A stretch of 64,000 bases of DNA from the NCBI RefSeq assembly GCF_040938485.1, contig NW_027270917.1, positions 5,890,001-5,954,000 of the forward strand, in the 5' to 3' direction. The position numbers and the translations under genes were made by a program. The notes under the pieces are model-generated. The model was given only the letters and a program-made list of their open reading frames with translations. It did no database searches and had not been told where the DNA came from. This document shows positions 26,101 through 38,301 of the stretch, one piece after another (the first letter of the stretch is position 1; every line of letters begins with the position of its first letter). Origin of the DNA: Diadema antillarum (taxonomy: Eukaryota).

Positions 26101-27864
26101 GAGGGATCTTCTTCACCTTATCTTTTCCTTCAGTGTTGCCTGGATGAATGCCTGCACCTTAGGAGTCGTGTAGTTCTGTTGGTAGAATTCTATCAGCTTG
26201 GCATACACCGTCGGCACAGCCATGAACAAATTCACCCTGGGCGGGTCATCGCGTAGCAGCATATCCCACACCTGTTCACATACATATGAAGAACAATATT
26301 GTTATGTAACTAGTGAGGCATGCCAAGGCTCTTTACAAAACACCATTTCCATGCTCTCAAAACTGCAAGCATACAAAAATATAAGAATTACATTTACTCT
26401 AAAGATATTAGACTTAGCTCTCTAACATGAGACATCATGCTAAATGTGAAATGAACATCAAATAAAGAGGTGCGTTATCATATTAAAACTTCTTCTGGGT
26501 CTAGCCACACTTCATCCAAGCTGATACAGTGTGAATGATAAAAAATCTGCATAATTCAGCACCATATTTTAGGTATCCATACATTCGTACAAATATATCC
26601 TATAAGACTATCAAAAAATAATAANNNNNNNNNNNNNNNNNNNNNNNNNNNNNNNNNNNNNNNNNNNNNNNNNNNNNNNNNNNNNNNNNNNNNNNNNNNN
26701 NNNNNNNNNNNNNNNNNNNNNNNNNNNNNNNNNNNNNNNNNNNNNNNNNNNNNNNNNNNNAGGCTAAATATGTATCACTTCTTTTCTCATGATGTTCAAC
26801 ACATATCAAAGGAATAATGCATTCTGCAAGTGGTATTTTACATCCAACATGATGAAATTCCTCAGTAAAACATGTCATTATTTTACCTTCTCGGCACTGA
26901 AGCTTGGCAGCATCACACACGTTGCACCACACCAGAGAGGGCACGCTAGCACATTGACTATCCCATGGACATGGTGCAGAGGAAGAACATGTAGGATGAC
27001 GTCACTGGGCGCCCAACCCCAGGATGATACCATCATCTGGATCTGAGCTTGGAGGGCACTAAAGGTGGTCAACACTCCTTTGGGTCTCCCTGTGGTACCA
27101 CTGGTGTACACCAACATGGCCCCTCGACTCTTCCACTGAGTTTCCTTCCACTTTTGTGAGAGGGCATCCATGCTAATGAGATTTTGGGACTGGCTGCCAT
27201 TGAATCTGAAGATGGATATGCTATCTTCGAGAATATTGGATGCATCACTTGAGTGGTCATCCTGGGTTTCCATTCCAGGGCTAGTCTCAGAAAGGTAATT
27301 ACTGCTATGGGTGAAGGCATCTTCATCAATGAGGATGTAATTGATTTCATGTCTCTCCACAATGGGCAGGATCTTTGGAGCCAAGTCTGCGGTTGATATC
27401 ACCAGGGAAGTCTGTGAGTCCTCTATGACATACTCCAGTTCCGACTCGGGGTGCGTCTTGCAGAGCGGTACGGCCATTCCCCCACTCATCCACACTCCCC
27501 ACTGGGTGACTGTGTACGCCACATTATTGGGACACAAGAATGCCACTCTCTCGCTGTTGAGAATGACGCTCGACCCCCTCCTCCTGAGTTTTGTGTCCCT
27601 CTTGGCATTGCAGAGGATGTGACGTGAAAGCACTCTACTCCATCTGATGATGTCCTCGTACATGTATGATCCGTTAGAATCAACAATGGCTGTCCTCTCA
27701 CTGAAACCCTCTCTAATAGCTTGGAGAAAAGGTGTCCGAACTGCACTGAACTTTGAGGCATGTCTCTTTAGGCACAGCTGAGCACACTGGAAATTTCTGG
27801 TGGAACATGAAGCGAGAAGCTTTAAGCTCCTGAGTGGCCCAAGGCCCAGGTGATGAAGAATCAT
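20191..27864 (-). CDS. ACSF3: Malonate--CoA ligase ACSF3, mitochondrial acyl-CoA synthetase, 5 coding exons, ~621 aa
   Basis: Exons 27864-26887, 26271-26117, 25610-25465, 21516-21298 and 20558-20191, with GT-AG introns and consistent phases. Adenylate-forming motifs [47 protein letters not shown] and [11 protein letters not shown] are present, plus ACSF3-type [10 protein letters not shown] and [11 protein letters not shown]. The basic N-terminus resembles a mitochondrial presequence. Confidence 0.93.
21588..22772. mobile_element. pogo/Tigger-like MITE split by the Helentron-like insertion
   Basis: Left end TA|CAGCGAACTC (21588) and right end GAGCCCGCTG|TA (22772), with GTTATAAC subterminal motifs on both halves. 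Confidence 0.5.
21641..22643 (-). mobile_element. Helentron/DINE-1-like non-autonomous element, family 1, complete
   Basis: Sub-TIR ATGCCTC(C/T)GCC at both ends with a local inverted partner, a (GGAA/GGAC)-type tetranucleotide repeat, terminal stem-loop GTCGC-CATA-GTGAC followed by CTAGTTT, and no TSD. A second copy starts at 62339. Confidence 0.7.
23855..25260. mobile_element. 1.4-kb non-autonomous TIR element of unassigned superfamily
   Basis: ~37-bp TIR ATATGTGACC(C)GCGACAACGGTTTCAGGCAAAAGTCG at both ends and no transposase ORF. Confidence 0.75.
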
Positions 27865-29646
27865 CCTGACCTACTAGGTCCATCTGAAATGGGAAAAAAT
27901 AACACGTTTTCAAACAAACCTAAGTTGTACAGTACCAGGTATCTTAAACTTTTATTAATGAAACATTCACTCGACTGATTGATGCATTAAGGGACCTGCA
28001 CACATACACTCATGTAAGAGCATTCAAAATCTGCTTTTATATATTATGAGAGTTAACTATCATTGGTTTAAAGTGCTACATGTACATCATAAAATCCTAC
28101 TGCCACCTACTGATTTTGATTAGAAAATCCATGTGAGACCACTAATTTTGACCTAGCATGTTTCTGTAGAACTTTTAAGTGTACAAGGTATCATAACGTA
28201 AGGCCATTACTTCATACAAAGTAGATTGTCTCAAAATTGTATCATGTGTTTTGTAGCACATCTATAGCACTGATGAAATGTTTTGGAACAGCTTAGCAAA
28301 TGACTTTGCACTACTTTTAATGCAAATTTATGTCTCATCATTTTTATGTCTCATCATCTCTATCATGCTCTGGACAATCAGTGGCAATATTTGTTACAGG
28401 ATTAACATATGTTTCATACCACACAATTACAGTAGGATGTGTCAACACTTTTGATGGTCACCCAATACCGTAGTGCTGCTGCCACCACTGTACATGGGTT
28501 GCTGCAACAGACAAGTGGCCATAAAAGGACACAGAGGAGTCACAATTTCATCACCATCTCTACTAGCACTAATCTCGATGCCCCCTTGCCGTGTATCATC
28601 TCAGTGAAGTCAAGATGTTTTAGCTATGCCATCTTACCTACTACGTGTACTACTAGACCAACACTGGTCCAATACAGTGAATAACATTCCCTGATAACAC
28701 TCCCTGTTGAGGCTTGAGCTGCCGCACTCTGTGGTGTAGGCATCACTGTAACTGTATTAAAGGTTCATCTCACATAGATAATTATATTCCTTGGACAGTT
28801 GGACATGCAAATGTATGCTTGAAGCAAATTTGGTATTGATTCTATTGTTATGACTTATGTAGACCTAGGACAAAAAAAAAAAAAAATAAATAAAATTGTG
28901 AACTGCAGAGCTTAGCATCTAGGCCCTAAATTAATGTAGCATAGGTTGTCTATAGGGTCTAGATAGTGGGGAAAAGGTTTCTAAATTTATTTCTTGATAT
29001 CAGGAGTTATATAAACATCTTGTTGCAATGTTGGAAGTCTTGGTGTTTTTGCATGCAGTCAGTCCCACATCCCAGTAGAATTTGGTAATCGAAGAAAACT
29101 CTGGCCTCGTGTATCATTTGTACAAGATTTGATACAAGATCTATCATTATCTGACCAGTGTGTGTGTTTTTTTTTTTTTTTTGGGGGGGGGGAGGGGGCA
29201 TTTAGACTATTCCCAAGTCTAAAAGAGTAACGTTAGAGGCTCCTACAAAAAAAAAACAAACAAACAAACAAACAAAAAAAAAAAAGTACAAGCTACACAT
29301 AAACCACCGGTACTCACAACACAATTACCCTATCATCGAATTCTTTATTATCTCGTGAGCGGTCTATAGGGATTCCATGGTCTAGACGTTTATAGAGGTT
29401 GGCATATCACAGCATTAGTAGATCCAGACATAGCTCAGACTCATTCAGAGTAAAGCAGAGATAAAAGTACAACTTGAAATCGAATGGATGGGGCACAGCA
29501 ATCTTACCTAACAATCGACAGGCGGCAAATTTGTTGAGTAGCTTTCACCACATCATTTTATGCTAATTTCGTATTCAGCCATGCCCATGACGTGCAATGC
29601 ATAAAAACATATAATGATAAAATTATAAGTCTGTAAGTGGCCTTAC

Positions 29647-30400
29647 CGGCTGGACTCTGTCGAAGTGCTAGCAAAAGGCCCCAAGTCCAAGAAGTGACAG
29701 TCACTGGTATGGACGCCTCATCACCAGCCAGTAACTGTGCGCAGCGTTGCCAGGTCCCAACAGAGCAAAATCACCAAAAGGCTTGTAAAAAATCACCAAA
29801 AGCCACCAAAAATCACCAAATTTGGAAAAGCGTAGGTAAGGCTTCAATTTCAAGACAAGATTATGTCAATAAACCTTTATCAAACACTCTGAGCGAGTCT
29901 CGGTGCAATTTTCGGCGCGCCGTAGTCACACATACTAAATGCAAAATGTGTACGATGTGTATGGATATGTGAGTGTTTGTGTGTGTCGAGTGACAAGAAA
30001 GGGGCACATCTTATGTTTCTAAAGGAAATAAGGGGAAAACTTTGGGCAAAATGCATTTTCGTTTTCAATTAGTGTGATTATTTTTCATTGGTCTAAAAAT
30101 CACCAAAAAGTTACCAAAAATCACCAAATTTTGATTTGGTTACCAGGCTAAAATTTTGTCACCAAACAACTTCAAAAATCACCAAATTTCACCCTTTTTG
30201 GTTCCCGAAATCACCATCTGGCAACACTGACTGTGCGGTGGGCTCGCTGGAGCCACGCCGGGCGCGCGGGCCGGGGCGCGGCTGGGGCATCCGAAGCAGC
30301 GGCGCGGGAAGCCAGCCAGCCACAGCTTCATAGCCTAGCCAGCCACACACACAGGCGCTCGTCTCGCGCTCAAGTATCCTTGAAGCTTACAGAAGGGGAG
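29647..30400. promoter_or_regulatory. Probable bidirectional promoter for ACSF3 (-) and TRIQK (+)
   Basis: Minus-strand donor CCG|GTAAGG at 29647/29646 (putative ACSF3 non-coding exon 1) and a very GC/CpG-rich core at 30238-30370 between two divergent genes. Confidence 0.6.
29742..30229. mobile_element. hAT-like MITE
   Basis: Exact 8-bp TSD ACTGTGCG (29734-29741 and 30230-30237), TIR CAGCGTTGCCAG / CTGGCAACACTG, and subterminal AAATCACCAAA repeats at both ends. Confidence 0.9.
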
Positions 30401-30926
30401 TTATGCTGCATGCTGCTGTTGGTCGACTGCCTTCGCAACTCAGCGTCATATACATAATAATGTGATCTAGGAAATCTAATTAGAGTATCGGCTATTGGAA
30501 ATACGTGTCAAACATACTCTTCTAAAAGGGTAAGAAACATTCAATGTGTTGAGCATGTGTTTTCATTGCTAAAAATGTATTTGCAGGGAGCAGACGACAT
30601 CGTGTATTGTCATAAAGATTTGTTCAGTCCCATACACTGCATTGCTGGTGTGCTGTCTAAGATATGTGCCACGTATATACCCATAATATACGACGAGAAG
30701 TTCGGAGAGGTTTGGCACTTCTACTCATTCATTCCAAACAATGGAAGGAGCTAGGCAGTGTCAAGGTTCTCATGTACAAATGATGTCTATAAATAGGATT
30801 TTCTGCAAGTGAAAGTGTATCAATGAAAATGAAATCCTCCTGCAAAAATGGCCTTATATGAGCTGGTCGCGACATCTCTCCTATTATTATCATTAATCTT
30901 TATAGGAGTCACCCTATGAAGTACAG

Positions 30927-31121
30927 GGCCCTGTCTTATAAAACTTGTGATGGAAATCAATCACAAATCTCGTGAACGCTGCAATCAGTCACAACCTGTG
31001 ATTGATTGATTGCAGTTCTCCGTCTTAATTTCAATCATAACGTTTTAATAAGATGGATTTGCATTCAATCATAGAGTTGTGATTGATTTGAATCAATCAC
31101 AAGTCTTTATAAGACGGGGCC
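30927..31121. mobile_element. PIF/Harbinger-like palindromic MITE
   Basis: ~25-bp TIR GGCCCTGTCTTATAAAACTTGTGAT / ATCACAAGTCTTTATAAGACGGGGCC, 3-bp flanks CAG/TAG, and internal TGATTGAT motifs. Confidence 0.6.
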
Positions 31122-31551
31122 TAGATGTATTTCTTTTTCAGAACTGAAAGAAAAATCTACTTAGTGTATCTTACAGACACCAAATTCCCTCTCCAGAAAT
31201 GCATACTATAGGTTTTATTCTGACATGACACAATCCCTACAGTCAGCAAGTTTTAGAGTTCTTAAACAGTCTCAACTAATGTCCAAATCCTGATTATCGG
31301 GGGAAATTACTTGAAGTTAGTGACTTTAGTGTGTATCTTCCTTTCTTCTTTTCCTTGGCTTTTATTTCAAATCAAATAACACTTTAAGTCATTTTAAGTA
31401 CTCTTGCACATGCACTAAAATTACGATGTAATTTACTAGCATATTTGTTGATTCTTTTACCTACTTGCTGGTCCGATGGTTAGTTTGTCATCATATCTTG
31501 TTTTCTGTGTTCTCCCAAAGACTGCAAAGATAAGCCTGATCTCCGGAAACC

Positions 31552-32342
31552 ATGGGTAAAAAGGATGCCTCCCAGAGGGCACACCTGTCTGTTGATCAAT
31601 ACCGGAAGAGCATTGGCAAGCAGGAGCAGAAGAGAACAAAGAAGGACGTCAAGAGGATGAAGACTGAGGCCCAAGCTAGGAGAGGAGGTTTCGGCTTCAA
31701 GGTGAGAATTACAGGGGAAATATGTAGAAGATGCTGGTCTGGGCAAAATATGTCAATATTCTGCTTGTATATCAATAAAAAGGGCTGTAGGCTTTGTCCA
31801 ACAATGATTTGTGTCCATCCATTAGGAAAGATTAAGGGGGGGGGGGGGTTGTGTGTTTTGTGTCATGGTTTGTTTGCTTGCTTATTTGTGTTTTGTGGAG
31901 GCATTCTTGGTAATAGATAATACAGGAAAATGAAAAATTTAACTTTTTTCCCTACGCTACGGTTAGAATTCAGTTTGAAAGATACACTTTTGCATACTTG
32001 TATTTTCACTGAAAAATGACCTCACACAAATTACACTTGCAATGGAGGTGATGATGTGATCAATTCACAACTCTCCAATTGGTTGGTTTGTGCACAGAAT
32101 ATCAAAGTTATGATTTTGGTCCATAACTGGGTGCCCACAATTCTTCTTGTGGGTGCTAGGTACATGTATGGGTGCTAGATTTTTACCAGGCTTCAGCACT
32201 TTGATGCATATACAGCTGTAGTACAATTTACTCTTGTTGACTTCATGTAAGGATTCTGTGTATCAGTCAGTGGGAAGTTTATGGGATGATAACACCGATA
32301 CCTTTACCAGTTTACATGTGTGGTTTTGACGAAGATATCAAA

Positions 32343-32383
<41 letters not shown>

Positions 32384-34013
32384 CATGTATATATCTATAT
32401 AATATTGACTGGCCCTGAGGGAGGTACCAGAAAACATTGCCCAAACTGAAAGCATATTGCCCGAGTCGAAGACGAGGGCAATATGTTTTCAGTGCGGGCA
32501 ATATTTATCTGGTACCTCCCGAAAGAAAGGCCAGTCAATATCATAATTATTACCTATCCCTTAGGTAAATTAAGAAAATATGTGAATACGGCTATACACT
32601 GATACAGATCAAGCCACATTTGACTACCTGTAGACCATCAACATGTTGAATAATTGCAGAATTGTTCATCAATGTATATCATTCAACTCCAACTTCAAAG
32701 ATACATATGAAGTTGTAACAGGCAAACTTCAAACTTCTGAACGCTCTTACAGTACAGTTACACTTTATTTTTACTTCTCTGTTTAAAGTTGGAGAGTTGT
32801 AAAACTGATGGTCACTGTGCAATTACTGAGCACAAATGGACTAGTCATTGCCTAGTGCTGCTGTAAGTGGTCGACCTTGTATGAGCTGATTTATCAGCGT
32901 TCTTCTGCGGCGCGTGTAACTGACACCCTGGACGTCGTGGAAAGTTTTCTTTTCGTGGTCGATCGGAATGTTTACGTTTAAAGCAGGGAGGTGGGGAGAG
33001 AGATTCCACCCTCTCTCTCTCTTCCAACCTCCCCAAACCGGAAGACTGCACTGTTTGCACACATTGTTTTGTGTACGGTGCGGTGTGTGTAACCGACATG
33101 CAGCGACGTGGCGAAAAGCATATTGACTGCTGACCTCTAACCCTGCACAATAACAACTCCTGACCTTTAACCCTGCAAAATAACAACTGGAATTGCCTCG
33201 CAAAACTCCCTCGTATAGGTAATAATTATATATATATATGCACACACAAACAAACAAATAATATGTGTGTGAAATTATGTGAACCTTTAAAATTTCACAA
33301 CTTTCTTATTGAAGGTTCAGTTTTGATAAAACATCTACCAAATGTGTTCTGTTAGTTAGATTTTACTAAATTCTGCATTTTGCACTTGTCATTCAAATCA
33401 TAGTTCACACATGTATCAGGTTGGCGTCCAGTCCACATTTCTGTGCATACACAACAGCTATCAGAGAGCTTCCTGCACAGATATTCGAGAGAGCAGCAGC
33501 TGTTCTTCCCCTGGTAGTACAGTGGACTCCTGTTTTAACAAAGTCCTCGGAACCGGCAGTTTTCTTTTGTTATATCGAAATTTCATTATAACCTAACAAA
33601 TATACAATATAAAACATAGAGCGGATAATGTTGCAGCCTAAATTTTTACTTCGTTGTAATCGGAATTTTGTTATTTAACCGTGTTTGTTGTAAGGGGAGT
33701 GAACCGTATGTTTTTGTTGTTGTTTGGTTTTTGTTAACTACATATTATGATCTGAACCATTGTTCCCTACATGTATCTCTTTTTGTAGCAGTGCTCATAT
33801 GTATATAGATACGTATATATATGAGAAGTATGAAATATATACGAGAGGTATGAACAAATGAAATAAATTGAAATTGAAATGTGACTCTAATGTAATGAAG
33901 AATTTTGATCTTCCTTTTTCTTGTAGGAATCTATACTGGTCATCCTATCCATGCTTGGAGTAGTGACACTGATATATGCCCTCTTCTACTTTCAACTGAC
34001 TCCAAAGACGTGA
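31552..34013 (+). CDS. TRIQK: Triple QxxK/R motif-containing protein, 2 coding exons, 78 aa
   Basis: Exon 31552-31701 encodes MGKKDASQRAHLSVDQYRKSIGKQEQKRTKKDVKRMKTEAQARRGGFGFK and exon 33927-34013 encodes ESILVILSMLGVVTLIYALFYFQLTPKT*. This matches the MG(R/K)KDA..VDQYRK.IGKQ..K plus C-terminal TM signature of TRIQK. The AAG|GTGAGA donor and TTGTAG acceptor are both phase 0. Confidence 0.88.
32401..32541. repeat. 141-bp imperfect palindrome centred on GCCCGAGTCGAAGACGAGGGC
   Basis: Arms ATATTGACTGGCC..GGAGGTACCAGA..ATTGCCC pair with their reverse complement. Confidence 0.75.
33516..33712. mobile_element. pogo/Tigger-like MITE remnant
   Basis: Starts TACAGTGGACTCC..TTTTAACAAAGTCCTCGG, with GTTATA motifs. 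A relative lies at 61630-61866. Confidence 0.4.
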
Positions 34014-36824
34014 TGGCTTGGAGTTGAGGGACAGTTTCTGTTGTCTAATACACTGTATTAATTTGTGTGATTGTGCGTTAAATAAGAAATATGATTTGTA
34101 ATGCCATATTCTTTATTGCCAGTGAAACTGTGAGCTTACACATGCATTGAAGCCTACATGTATAGTCTGTTTGCTATAGAGTCTCACTGATAATGAATTG
34201 GGATATACATACAATGTATGAGTGAAAATTTCTCCACTATGTGCCTTTACATGTGCCTGACTGTGACATTTCATTTCAATTTTTTTTTTTTTTATCAGCA
34301 TACCTGCCTAATGGCACAGGGTGTACTTGATTTCATTGTTCACGTTTTGAAACTGTATAGATTTGAAAAAAAAGTTATTGACATGATTTTTTTTTTGTGT
34401 GTGTGATGGATAACTGAAAAAGAGATATACAGTATTTCCAAGTTAGAATCTTTGTAAACATTGTTTTTCTTTTTACCTATGGGCTCTTCTGCGTGTTTCA
34501 ATTAGTTCATTAGGTAATACTGGTTTCCCATTATCATAGATGGAAAGCAGACTTATCACCATTCAAATTTACTAAACTTTGTCAAAACAGTATCAAACAG
34601 TGAGTGATGGACGTCAGATGCCCATGGTACTGCTTTAAATCATCTGTTACAGGATGCACATTCGACTCTCATGTGTTGAACATAATAACTTTATTTAAAT
34701 ACATCGTTTTGCAAGGACAATGCACTAGAGCTCCATGGTGTTTTTTTTTTTTTATTATTATTCAGAGTATGCTAGTAGACTTCTGTGAAGACTGAGGAAA
34801 GTGTTCAGAAATAATTTTCCAAAGCTATGTTATCTCTATTTCAATTCAATCTTCAACTTAAAGCTTCTTAGACACCTATTAAATGCACTTTTGATAGTAT
34901 TTCCTGTTGTTAATGTTGTATTCTTATTGACCGACATATAAAATATGAGCAGAGGGCTACGGTAGTGGGTATCGTGCTTGCTGAAGGTTTTTACTGAATG
35001 AAAAGTCAAGAATTTATCTACTTTTCAGTGGTATTCAATTCATTCGCATTGCATGTGTTTTCAAACGTGGCAGCATTGGTGAACAGAGTACACTGTAGCC
35101 TGATTTTCCAAAATATTGTGTGATTTCCAAGTATGTTTTGCATCAGTGTTAAGAAAATACAATGTTGAGGCCAAGCACGCTTGAATTTGGCCTGAATGAA
35201 ATTAACATTTGGTGTAAGGTTCTCATTATAACAATTTGAATTGAATCTACAAAGGTACACTGTTTTGACAATAGTAAAGTGCAGATTGTGATAAAGGTAT
35301 GAATGTGAGAATACACTGTAGTTCCTTTTTTTTAATGCCATGTAATATGACATACAAATGTAGTCAGTTTACTACATACAGTCAACCTTGCCTAAGTCGA
35401 ATCTACTTGGACTGAAGAAATAGCTTTGACTTAAAGAAAATTCGACTTGTAAAGGGATTAAAGCCAATATAGAATATAAAGAGAAGACGACTTGAAAAAA
35501 CCTAATAGGCGAGTATTTGACTTGGGTGTATACTTACAGAGAGACAAGCTACTTTAAAACGGTTAAACATTTAAGAAGCTCCCGTGCAGTTTGTGAAGCT
35601 ATTGGCAGCATTGTCACGAGTTAAGTTATTTAGGTCAGTGTTCTTTTAGTTGATGATTCATTAAAAAAAAAATCTTGTCCATGTCGCATACATATATGTA
35701 ATGTAGCAGGGGATGTTATGTTATGTATTTGTCACTAGAAGAGTCCATTCTTTTATGGTGATCCAAATCATTGGTGTGTATAATGATCAGAAAACATTTT
35801 AGGAAAGACAAGAACTACATGTACCATATTATGGACATCTTTTTTGTTTATTTCTCTTTTTAACAGTATGATACATTCCATCATATAAATTTCCTCAATT
35901 TAGTTTTGATTTTCACTCAAATCAGTCAAATCACAAACCTATCTCATATTAGATACATGACAAGTTATGTGATTATAAGATTTTTAAAAAATCCTTATCG
36001 CAGATGTACACTTTACAGTTAAAAAAGAAGAAGAAGAACACTTTGAGCAATTTACAACATTAAGATAATACTGGTATGTAGTATATTATGCGACATTTCG
36101 ACATTCCAAGTTGCAGCTTCTATTGTTACTGCACTTACCCTGCAATGCAATAATAACCTCTGCTGTGTCTTGGAAAAAACAAAAGTACCAAATTTGGTAC
36201 ACACGTACAAGTTTTTTAGCAATAAATGTGGCTCAATCGTCCTCAACAAAAGTACTTTCTAATCTTGAGAGCAAGTGAGCAATATCGCCATGGTTATACA
36301 GTTTAACAACTTTATACATGATAAGAAAACACTGAGGTACTGTATGCGGAAGAGGTTTGAATAAGCATCGATTTTACAATACATACTTTGTTGATGTCTG
36401 TATTATAGTACTTGTAAGTTGACTGCATGAGTTTATGAGAAGTGGAATATGTAGATAAACTTATTACGTCATGACTATGAATTGCCTCTGTTGCCTTCCA
36501 CTTTTATTGGTGAACATTTCACAGTTAATAAATGTATGAATTATGTACATAATAACATACAGCTGTATGTGTTATTCTTCTTGAAAATCTGCAGTTCTTT
36601 GCACGCTCTTTATGACCACGACTGTGCATATAGCTCACCCAGTTTTGAACACATGGTGCATAATGAAGTAGCAACAGGATTGGAAAATGATTTTTTTTTT
36701 TCTTTTTCAAGTGCAACGACATTTACCTTGGCATTTTACCTTACACATCCACAATGTTAATGGAGTAAGTCTAATACACTGTACACTGTACATTGTATGA
36801 ATATGTGTTCACTTCTACTCTTCC

Positions 36825-37103
36825 GACCAAAATTGCATTTCAACCGGACATTCTTGGCTGCAAATTAAAATATAATTTAAAGCCAAAAGATCAGTGACCT
36901 TTGACCTAAAACCAATAAAGGATATTGTCCAAATTCTACACAGTATATCTACATCTTACGTATAGCAAACATGGACCATGTAAATGGACCGAGAAAATTC
37001 ACCGAGTATAGTTATCCGTAAATCGATTAAAAAAATGTAGGACGGACGGACGGGCAAGTCTAAAGCACAAGGTCTCGGCCACAATTCGGCCGGAGGCATA
37101 AAA
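36825..37103 (-). mobile_element. Helentron/DINE-1-like fragment
   Basis: (GGAC)n repeat then TCTCGGCC..GGCCGGAGGCATAAAA end, plus an internal TGACCTTTGACCT, as in family 1. Confidence 0.5.
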
Positions 37104-38301
37104 CGGCAATGATAGTAAAATTCTTGAATGCTGTATGGACGTTCATATACGTTGTACTGTATTGGAAAAAAAAAATCCATCAGAGGATCTTGCAGTTTGG
37201 GGTTTCCAGTTGTTCAAATAGGTAAAAAGTCGATTCTTTGTTGCGTGTTTTCATTTTCAGTTACGGCATTAAATTGTTGATAGCAATATACATATATTCT
37301 GTTTAAATCCAATATAAAGATGAACTATGGTATGAAGGAATTATAAGACACAGGGGTCGCCGAACGTTTTTCAAGATGTAAGGGGGTGGGGTGCCAAGGT
37401 CCAGGTCAATGGCTAACGTTGTCGATGAATATGTCTATGGGAATTTCCGGCAGAAAAACAAGACTTTATTCATTTCTTTTGAAACATCACATACATTGTA
37501 TGTCTACTATACATGTACTGATTATGTAGGTCCTAGTATCAAAATGCTCTCCATTTTAGCCACACATATCTGGAAAGTTTGCTCGACGTGACACAATAAG
37601 GGCATTCTCCTCCTTGGCGATATTATCGAAAACAAACGAAACAGGCAACAAAAGTCATTAGAACATAGGTAAGACAATACGTTATCTGCATAGTAACTAC
37701 TATACAGCAGGATATCAACAGTCCACAATAACTTTCCCTCAAAACTTTGGCAAATCTTTTCAGAAACCCGCGAAAAGGCAAGAAAAATAATGTTTGCGAG
37801 CATGGTCGCTCGTTTGATGAAGGAAAATATGAAATGTGTCTTCCTTCAGCTGATGATGATCAAATGAAGAGGGCGCTCTACTGGTTACAACTCCCAATCA
37901 ATTACGCAGAACTGCCCCACTACTCTCCATTCTTTTACCGACGGCGACTCGCTTGACACACGGATTTGTGAATATGAAAAATGTTCTAAGGGTTGACCCA
38001 AACTAATGGTTTCCAGGACGATCTTAGACGCGCTGTGTCTGAAAGTCACCTTCACAACCGTCACCGTAGTGCAAGATGCAGTGAGGTCATTATGTAACAG
38101 TTCGCAACATCAAGGACAATGGCATTACTCCAGGTCTCTATTGCACGTGATGAAGTCATTACCAATCAACTCCTCTTCATCCCCGGCGACATGCTGGTAC
38201 AGTATAATGCGATCACGATTATTGGACGGCCCACGCTACGGTAGGCGAGTGGCCAGTGATCGCTAGAGAAAGAGGGTGAGGGGAAGAATCTTGACATCCT
38301 C

